A stretch of DNA of 64,000 nucleotides from an uncultured cyanobacterium. GTDB taxonomy: Bacteria; Cyanobacteriota; Cyanobacteriia; PCC-6307; Cyanobiaceae. Under the pieces are notes generated by a model. The model had not been told where the DNA came from. It worked only from the letters and a program-made list of their open reading frames with translations, and did no database searches. The DNA lies in assembly GCA_963765575.1 (NCBI GenBank), contig CAVXWZ010000002.1, forward strand, positions 544,001-608,000. Reading direction: 5' to 3'. Position 1 is the first letter of the stretch. Each line of letters starts with the position of its first letter. Positions 57,086 through 64,000 of the stretch are shown piece by piece. A program made the translations under genes and the position numbers.

Positions 57086-57891
57086 CAAGCGATCGCCAGG
57101 AACTGCTGCAGCGCCTGCACCGGCCCGGGGGGCCAGCGCCGGGTGCTCAACAACCATTCTTGCTGGCGGTAACGGGGATCGAGGCCGGAGGCCGACACCC
57201 AGTTGCTCTCGGCCTCACCGCGGGCGCCCCGCTGCCAGAGCAGGGCGGTGAGGCCGGCTCTGGCATCGGCGAACAGGGGATAGCGGCGGATCAGGGAGCG
57301 CAGACTGCGCTCTGCCTCTTCAAACTCCCCGAGCTGGAAGGCGGCCAGGGCGGCACTGGAGCGGGCCATGGCGAAGCCGGGCCGCAGATCGGCGGCGGCG
57401 GCAAAACTGCTGCGGGCCGCCGACCAGTCGCCGCGCGAGCCCTGCACGTTGCCCAGGTTGTAGAGGGCGGAGGCCCGCACCTCGCCGGCATCAGGGCGCT
57501 CCAGGATCCAGCGGTAGTCGGCCTCGGCGGCATCCCAGCGCTGCAGCGACTCCTCGGCGGTGCCGCGGTTGAGATGGGGGTCGGCGCTGGCCGGCTCCAG
57601 CTCAATGGCCCGGCTCTGGTCGGCGATGGCCGCCCGGGCATCCCCCAGCGCCAGCTGCACATTGCCGCGGTTGCTCCAGGCCGCCGCATCGCCCGGCGCC
57701 ACCTCCAGCACCTGGTTCCAGAGCGGCAGGGCATCGCCGAATCGCCCCTCACGGCTGGCGCGCAGGGCCTGATCAAACAGCTCCGGCAGTGGCGGCTGGC
57801 CCGCTGCCGCCACTGCCGCCGCCGCCGGCAGCGGGCCCAGGGCCAGCAGCGCCGGCAGCAACAGACCCGCCAGCAGCAGGGCCCAGTTCAT
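57085..57891 (-). CDS. Tetratricopeptide repeat protein
   Basis: AWSNRGN, HLNRGTA and ALYNLGN repeats; signal-like N-terminus. Confidence 0.85.
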   Translation of the reverse strand: MNWALLLAGLLLPALLALGPLPAAAAVAAAGQPPLPELFDQALRASREGRFGDALPLWNQVLEVAPGDAAAWSNRGNVQLALGDARAAIADQSRAIELEPASADPHLNRGTAEESLQRWDAAEADYRWILERPDAGEVRASALYNLGNVQGSRGDWSAARSSFAAAADLRPGFAMARSSAALAAFQLGEFEEAERSLRSLIRRYPLFADARAGLTALLWQRGARGEAESNWVSASGLDPRYRQQEWLLSTRRWPPGPVQALQQFLAIA

Positions 57892-59019
57892 GGCGCCTCC
57901 GCCGCGGCCACCGCGGCTGGAGCGAGGTGGGCGGTGGCCAGATGGGTCCGGCCGGCCTCGGTGAGCAGGCGCCCGCGCGGGGTGCGCTGCAGCAGGCCCT
58001 GCTGCAGCAGGTAGGGCTCCACCACCGCCTCCAGGGTGGCGGGGTCCTCGCCCAGGCCCGCCGCCAGGGTGTCGAGGCCCACCGGCCCGCCGCCATAGCC
58101 CTCCAGCATCAGCGTCAGCAACCGGCGGTCATGGGCATCGAGGCCACGGGCGTCGACCCGGTGCAGGCTCAGGGCCTCATGCACCAGCTCGGCGCGTCAC
58201 TGGGTCTGGCCACGCACGCTGGCCACATCGCGCACCCGGCGCAGCAGCCGGTTGGCGATGCGCGGGGTGCCGCGGCAGCGGCGCGCCACCTCCAGGGCCG
58301 CTGCGGCGTCGAGCCGCACCGCCAGCAGCCCGGCGGCGCGCAGCACGATCGCCTGCAGGTCGTGGAGGCCATAGAACTCCAGCCGCTGGATCAGCCCGAA
58401 GCGATCCCGCAGCGGCGAACTCAACGCCCCGGCGCGGGTGGTGGCCCCCACCAGGGTGAAGGGGGCGATCGACAGGCTGCGGGTGCGGGCGGTGCTGCCC
58501 TTGCCCACGGTGAGATCGAGGCGGTAGTCCTCCATCGCCGGGTAGAGCAGCTCCTCCGCCACCCGGTTGAGGCGGTGGATCTCGTCGATGAACAGCAGCT
58601 CGCGGGGCTGCAGGTTGACCAGCAGGCCCACGATGTCGCGGGGACGCTCCAGGGCCGGCGCGCTGGTGATCGCGGCAGCGCACCCCCAGCTCCTCGGCCA
58701 GCACCAGGGCCATGGTGGTCTTGCCCAGCCCGGGCGGGCCGTAGAGCAGCACGTGATCGAGGGCCTCGGCGCGGGCCCGGGTGGCCTCCACGGCGATGCT
58801 CAGCACCTGCTTGAGCTCGCTCTGGCCGATGTAGTCGGCCAGTCGCCGCGGCCGCAGCGAGTCCTCCCGCGGGATCGCGGCCTGCGGCCCCTCGGCAGCC
58901 TCCGCCACTGCCCCGTCAGCCCCGGCAGCGTCCACCACCGCCGGATCCAGCAGCCGCCGCGGCGCCGGGGCGGACCTGGGGCGGCCCGGGCCCTGGGATC
59001 CGGAGGAGACGATCGCCAT
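57888..59019 (-). CDS. ruvB: Holliday junction branch migration helicase RuvB (frameshifts near 58672 and 58200)
   Basis: [46 protein letters not shown] and [17 protein letters not shown] spread over three ORF segments. Confidence 0.93.
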
Positions 59020-59077
59020 GGCTGGAGGGTACCGGCCCCGCCCAGGGGATGGGCTGCCGGCACTGCGGCTAGGCGGC

Positions 59078-60202
59078 TCAGAGGGGTGCCGAGGGGTGCT
59101 CCAGCGGCAGCCCCTGGGCCTTCCAAGCCCGCACGCCCCCGCGCATGTTGGCCACCTGGCCGAACCCCCTCTTCAGCAGTTGCTGGGTGGCCAGGGCGGA
59201 ACGGCTGCCGGAATGGCAGAGCACCACTGCGGGGCGGCCATCGGGTATCTCAGCGGCCCGTTGCTCGAGCTCGGGCAGGGGGATCAGCAGGCTGCCCTCG
59301 ATACGCCCATCCGGACCCAGCACCTCCGCCTCCGAGCGCACATCCACCAGGGTGACGGCGTGGCGGTGGGCGGCCACCCAGGGGATCCTCAGCTCCGGCA
59401 GCCCGGCGTAGCTGCGCTCGATCGGCGCCCAGTCGTCGGCAGGCATCTCCCCCTCGTCGCTGGGCCTGCCGCAGCGCAGGTTGGCCGGCAGGGCCACGGC
59501 GATCCGGTTGGGGTGGGGCAGATGCAGGTTCTCCATGTAGCCCACGAAGTCGCGCTCATCGGCGCCGCCCCCGAGCCTGGCGTTGTAGGCCTTCTCCTCG
59601 GCCACCGACGTCAGCGAACGGCCGCTGTAGTCATGGCCCGGATAGAGCAGGCAGTGGTCGGGCAGCGAGAGGATCTGCTCGGTGATCGAGCGGTAGAGGG
59701 TGTGGGCGTTGCCCTCCTGGAAGTCGCAGCGGCCACAGCCCCGCACCAGCAGGGCGTCGCCGGTGCAGGCCATGGTGTGGTCATCGAGCACGAAGGTGAG
59801 ACAGCCGTTGGTGTGCCCGGGGGTGGCGCGCACCTCCAGATGGCGGCTGCCGAAAGCCACCCGCTGGCCATGCTCCAGGGGCAGGGTCACGTTCTCCGCC
59901 CGCGCCACCGCTGCCAGGCCGATGGCGCAACCGGTGGCCCGGTGCATGCGCCAGCTGCCGGTGACATGGTCAGCATGCACATGGGTATCGAGGCAGGCCA
60001 CCAGATCGATGCCCAGCTCGCGGATCAGCGACAGATCGCGGGGGTGCTGGTCGTAGAGCGAATCGATCAGCACCCCCGCCCCGCTGGCCACATCGGCGAG
60101 CAGCAGCGTGAAGGTGCCGGTATCGGCATCGTGGAGCTGCCGGACCAGCAGCGGCCCGCCGCCGGCTGCGGCCTCCAGGGGACAGGGGGCTGAGAGATCC
60201 AT
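59078..60202 (-). CDS. Persulfide dioxygenase (ETHE1-like MBL fold) fused to rhodanese
   Basis: [23 protein letters not shown] and YPGHDY; C-terminal VDVR...CHSGSRS. Confidence 0.88.
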   Translation of the reverse strand: MDLSAPCPLEAAAGGGPLLVRQLHDADTGTFTLLLADVASGAGVLIDSLYDQHPRDLSLIRELGIDLVACLDTHVHADHVTGSWRMHRATGCAIGLAAVARAENVTLPLEHGQRVAFGSRHLEVRATPGHTNGCLTFVLDDHTMACTGDALLVRGCGRCDFQEGNAHTLYRSITEQILSLPDHCLLYPGHDYSGRSLTSVAEEKAYNARLGGGADERDFVGYMENLHLPHPNRIAVALPANLRCGRPSDEGEMPADDWAPIERSYAGLPELRIPWVAAHRHAVTLVDVRSEAEVLGPDGRIEGSLLIPLPELEQRAAEIPDGRPAVVLCHSGSRSALATQQLLKRGFGQVANMRGGVRAWKAQGLPLEHPSAPL

Positions 60203-60239
60203 CGGAGCCGGTGGCAGTGACCGCGATCAGCCTGGCCGA

Positions 60240-60681
60240 TCAAACCGGGCGATCAAGGGGGCGATCAGGGCTGGGCCTGCCGGCGGCGATCACCCCCTGC
60301 AGGTAGGCCCCCAGGAACATGGCGGCCAGACCGATCAGCACCGGCCCGTTGCCGATGCCCACGCTGGCCACCGCCGCCCCTGGGACAGAGGCCGGACAGG
60401 CCCCAGCCCACCCCGAAGATCAGCGCACCGGAGACCGTGCCCGGCAGCATCCGCTTCACCTCGTGGGAGAAGGGCAGCCCCAGCAGGGTTGTGGAGCGCA
60501 GGCGCGGGGCCAGGTGGAAGCCGATGGCCGTGACCGCCAGAGCGGCCGCCATCACCAGCAGCAGGCCGAGGTCGCGCAGCTGCAGGAAGCTCAGCACCAC
60601 CTCCGGCCGGGTCATGCCGCTCCAGGCCAGTCCATAGCCGAACAGCCCACCGCCGAGCAGGATCGCGGCCAGCCGCTTCAT
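60240..60681 (-). CDS. YeeE/YedE family sulfur-transport membrane protein (frameshift near 60381)
   Basis: GLAWSGMTRP and IFGVGWGLSGLCP(G); the tail continues in a shifted frame to TGA at 60240. Confidence 0.78.
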
Positions 60682-61139
60682 GGCGTCACCCCCAACAGGA
60701 GCACGACCCGGGCCGTGACGATCGCCACCCCCATGAACACGGCCACCGCCAGCAGCGAGGCCCGCGAGAACGACGCCAGGCCGCAGATGCCGTGACCGGA
60801 GGTGCAACCTGAGGAGAGCCGGGTGCCGTAGCCCACCAGCAGGCCCCCCACCCCCAGGCGCCACCAGCCCACCGCCGTGACGAAGAAGGCCTGCTGGCTC
60901 CAGGCATAGAGCCAGGCGCCGAACACCAGGCCGAGCGCGAACAACAGCCGCCACTGGCGCGAGGCGCGCTCCGCCGTGAGCGGGGTGAAATAGGTGAGGG
61001 TGGAGCTGAGAAAGGAACTGGCTCCCGCCTTCACCCCGAGGGTGAGGTACATCACCACCAACCCGGCCCCGATGAGCAGCCCACCGCCCAGATAGGACGT
61101 GATGCCATGGGGGAAGGGGAAGCCCGTCGCCGTACTCAT
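60678..61139 (-). CDS. YeeE/YedE family sulfur-transport membrane protein
   Basis: GGLLVGYGTRLSSGCTSGHGICG. Confidence 0.85.
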   Translation of the reverse strand: MSTATGFPFPHGITSYLGGGLLIGAGLVVMYLTLGVKAGASSFLSSTLTYFTPLTAERASRQWRLLFALGLVFGAWLYAWSQQAFFVTAVGWWRLGVGGLLVGYGTRLSSGCTSGHGICGLASFSRASLLAVAVFMGVAIVTARVVLLLGVTP

Positions 61140-61265
61140 TGCGTTCAGCCCGGGGTTCACCGGGAACCTAGCCAGCCGCCGCCGGGCTGCCCACGGCAGT
61201 CATCCGGAGGCAGCTGGCAGGGCACCTAGGGTCAACAGCTGAGCGGGCGCTGCGAGAGCGAAACC

Positions 61266-61766
61266 ATGGCCAAGGGCGGCACCAAGAAGCTGGCCGCCAG
61301 GGCCCAGCGCGACGCGGCCCAGCGGCTGCTGGCCGACAACCGCTTCGCCCGGCACCAGTACGAGATCCTCGACAGCCTCGAATGCGGCATCGAGCTGGTG
61401 GGCACGGAGGTGAAGTCGATCCGGGCGGGGCAGGCCAACCTGCGCGACGGCTTCTGCCTGATCCGCAACGGCCAGTTGCAGCTGCACAACGTGCACATCT
61501 CCCCCCACAGCCACGCCGGCGCCTACTTCAACCACGAGCCCCTGCGGGTGCGGCGGCTGCTGGCCCACAGCCGTGAGATCGACAAGCTGCGCGTGGCCCT
61601 GGAGCAGAAGGGCCTCACCCTGATCCCCCTCAACCTGCACCTCAAGGGCTCCTGGATCAAGGTGACCCTGGGCCTGGGCAAGGGTCGCAAGCTGCACGAC
61701 AAGCGCCAGGAGGAGCGGCGCAAACAGACGGAGAAGGAAACCCGCACCGCCATCGCCCGCTACTAG
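61266..61766 (+). CDS. smpB: SsrA-binding protein
   Basis: [16 protein letters not shown] and [10 protein letters not shown]. Confidence 0.97.
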   Translation: MAKGGTKKLAARAQRDAAQRLLADNRFARHQYEILDSLECGIELVGTEVKSIRAGQANLRDGFCLIRNGQLQLHNVHISPHSHAGAYFNHEPLRVRRLLAHSREIDKLRVALEQKGLTLIPLNLHLKGSWIKVTLGLGKGRKLHDKRQEERRKQTEKETRTAIARY

Positions 61767-63856
61767 GGCTGGGGGTCTTCCGGCGACACCGGAGGGGGCA
61801 CGGGCTCCTCGGTGGCCTCCTCCGGGGCCTCGTCCTCCGGCGCCGGTTCGGGTGGATCGTCCGCCTCGGGTTCGGGCACCGGCGGCGGCGGCTCGGGGGC
61901 AGGGGGATCGCTGCGCACCGAGAGCGTGACCATCCCCGCCGCCACGCCGTCGTTGCTCACCAGCAGCTGCAGCGGCCTGGCGTTCTCCGCGCCCACGCTC
62001 ACCACCCGCAGCGGCCCGCGCGACTCCAGCAGGGTGCCGTCAGCCGCGAACACGCTCATCTCCATCAGCGGCGAGCCGTTCAGCCCCAGCACCACCGAGT
62101 GGCCGGCGGGTGCCTGCACTGGAAACAGCCGCGCGCCGCCGGCGGCCACCGAGGCGCGGCGCACCTCGGTGCGCAGGGGGCGGGCCTGGATCGCCTCGAT
62201 CTGCAGGTTGGAGAGGCCCTGCACGGCGGCGGCGAACCAGAGCTGGCGGAAGGGCTCCGGGGGAATGGCGGTACCGGAGCGGCCGGGCAGGAGGTTCTGG
62301 GCATTGGCCGACACCAGCTGGCGCAGCACCGGGCCGCTGAGCCCCTGGGACTCCAGCTGGCTCTGGCGCCGCTCCCAGTCGGCATTGGTGAAGCGGCCCA
62401 GCCGCTGGCGCAGGGTCAGGGGCAACTGCTCCACCCGGGCCAGCAGCTCCTCCGCCAGCTCGTTCCAGGCCTGGCGCAGGGGTGCATCCTGCGCTGAGTC
62501 GCCGGGCAGACGCCCACCCCGCTCGGGGAAGCGGGCGAGCAGGCTGGCATCCACGAGCTTGAGGAACCAGGCCCGGTTCACCTGCATCGCCCGCAGGCGG
62601 TTGAGCAGCTGCTGGCGCTGGTTCACCTCCTCCTGGGGCAGGCTGCTGGGCAGCTGCAGGGCCACATCGGGGGTGCCCGGATCGGGGCTGGTGCCGCGGC
62701 TCAGCCACCACCAACCCAGGGCGGTGCCCACCACGGCCGACAGCACCAGGGCCATCACCACCGGCCAGACACTGCCTTCGGCTTGCAGCTCCCGTTCCTC
62801 GCCGCGGCGGCGGCTGCCGGAGGAGCGGCGGCGCTCGAGGGAGCGCAGGGGGGGCAGTTCCGGCGGCGGCTCCGCCGCGGGCGGCTCGAAGGGCAGCTGG
62901 GGAGCCGCCCGGGACGGATCGGCGGCGGCCGCGGCGCCGAGGCTCGGCGGCAGGGGCGGCTGGGATGGGAAGGGTCCGACGGCAGGGGCGGCGACGGGCG
63001 GCGCGGGGGGCGGCACCAGGGCCAGGGTGCGGTCGGCCCGGGGCACCGGCCCGGTGCTCTCCGGCATGGGCAGGGTCTGAAGGGCCGCCAGCGCCTGGGA
63101 GGCGGAGCCGAAACGCTGCTGGGGATCGCTGGCCAGCAGCCGCTCCAGGGCAGCCCGCAGCCCAGGCTCATCGCCCAGGGACGCGGGCCAGCGCCAGGCC
63201 ATCGAGGCGGGGTCCAGCAGCCGCTCGGGGGGATCGCCACTGAGCAGCACCAGGGCCGTGACGCCGAGGGCGTGGAGATCCATCCAGGGCTCGGGCCGCT
63301 GGCTGGGGACCAGAGCTGGCGGGGCATAGCCGGGAGTCACGGCCGCGCCACCGGCCACCAGGCCGTAGTCAAGCGGCACCGGCAGCCCGTCGCTGTCCCG
63401 GCGCAGCAGGTTGGCGGGGCAGAGGTCACCGTGCACCAGCTGCTGGCCGTGCAGCACCGCCAGCACCGGCAGGATCTGGCGCAGCAGCAGCAGCACCTCA
63501 CCGGCACCGAAGACCATCTGGCGCTGGCCCCGGGCCGTGAGCAGCTCGGCAAAGGTGCGCCCGGCCTGCCACTCGCGCACCAACCAGAGGCTGCCGCCGT
63601 CGCGGATGGCCCCCCCCAGGCGAGGCACCTGGGGATGGAGCACCCCCTGCAGCCGGGACCAGAGCTCCTGGGCCCGGCCCTGGTCGTGCTCCGGGCCCAG
63701 CTGCCGCAGCACCACCGGCGCGTCGCTGGCGAGCTGGTCACAGCCGCGCCACACAGTCCCCTGGGACCCATCCCCCAGCTGCTGCTGCAGCCGATAGCGA
63801 TCACCGATCAGCTCGCTCGGCCGGCTGGCACCTGCCTGCTCAGAATCAGATGTCAT
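61763..63856 (-). CDS. Membrane-anchored Ser/Thr protein kinase-like protein
   Basis: [27 protein letters not shown] and TPGYAPP; Pro-rich linker; single TM helix. Confidence 0.8.
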   Translation of the reverse strand: MTSDSEQAGASRPSELIGDRYRLQQQLGDGSQGTVWRGCDQLASDAPVVLRQLGPEHDQGRAQELWSRLQGVLHPQVPRLGGAIRDGGSLWLVREWQAGRTFAELLTARGQRQMVFGAGEVLLLLRQILPVLAVLHGQQLVHGDLCPANLLRRDSDGLPVPLDYGLVAGGAAVTPGYAPPALVPSQRPEPWMDLHALGVTALVLLSGDPPERLLDPASMAWRWPASLGDEPGLRAALERLLASDPQQRFGSASQALAALQTLPMPESTGPVPRADRTLALVPPPAPPVAAPAVGPFPSQPPLPPSLGAAAAADPSRAAPQLPFEPPAAEPPPELPPLRSLERRRSSGSRRRGEERELQAEGSVWPVVMALVLSAVVGTALGWWWLSRGTSPDPGTPDVALQLPSSLPQEEVNQRQQLLNRLRAMQVNRAWFLKLVDASLLARFPERGGRLPGDSAQDAPLRQAWNELAEELLARVEQLPLTLRQRLGRFTNADWERRQSQLESQGLSGPVLRQLVSANAQNLLPGRSGTAIPPEPFRQLWFAAAVQGLSNLQIEAIQARPLRTEVRRASVAAGGARLFPVQAPAGHSVVLGLNGSPLMEMSVFAADGTLLESRGPLRVVSVGAENARPLQLLVSNDGVAAGMVTLSVRSDPPAPEPPPPVPEPEADDPPEPAPEDEAPEEATEEPVPPPVSPEDPQP

Positions 63857-64000
63857 CAGCCGGCGGCCACCGCTGCGCGCTCAGGTTGCCGCAGTCCGCG
63901 GCTCGCCAGCCAGGCGCGGTCGTAAAGCCGGGACCGGTAGCGATCGCCGCTGTCACAGAGCACGGTGACGATCGTGTGACCCGGTCCCAGCCGCCGCGCC
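63856..64000 (-). CDS. Cysteine synthase family protein, C-terminal fragment
   Basis: Manual translation ARRLGPGHTIVTVLCDSGDRYRSRLYDRAWLASRGL...*. Confidence 0.75.
   Translation of the reverse strand, partial: ARRLGPGHTIVTVLCDSGDRYRSRLYDRAWLASRGLRQPERAAVAAG

Overview
High-GC cyanobacterial DNA, most consistent with a Cyanobium/Synechococcus-type picocyanobacterium (psaC, ndhS, heme oxygenase, cyanobacterial rnpB, recurrent GCGATCGC). Most of the window is core housekeeping: kdsA/C/B, cca, pcrA, ho1, icd, glcF/glcE, glgP, tRNA-Arg(CCT), rnpB, rnc, rimM, manC, glmS, psaC, acpP, fabF, tkt, thiC with a TPP riboswitch, ruvB and smpB. The most notable feature is an AT-richer island at about 11.7-14.5 kb that is an integron gene-cassette array. 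It has two textbook attC sites, two degenerate ones and no integrase in the window. Its cassettes encode a GIY-YIG/DUF4357-type nuclease, an unannotated 311-aa protein with a HEPN-like RxxxxH motif (candidate anti-phage effector) and a decayed SDR. The array sits directly behind an NYN-LOTUS ribonuclease gene. Two other accessory blocks are present. One lies between tkt and thiC (Gly-rich RTX-tailed protein, katG, hydrolases, def, Hsp20, deletion-eroded pseudogenes). The other lies between ruvB and smpB (persulfide dioxygenase-rhodanese plus two YeeE/YedE proteins). Single-base frameshifts in pcrA, tkt, katG and ruvB point to sequencing/assembly indels, so apparent fusions and splits need caution.
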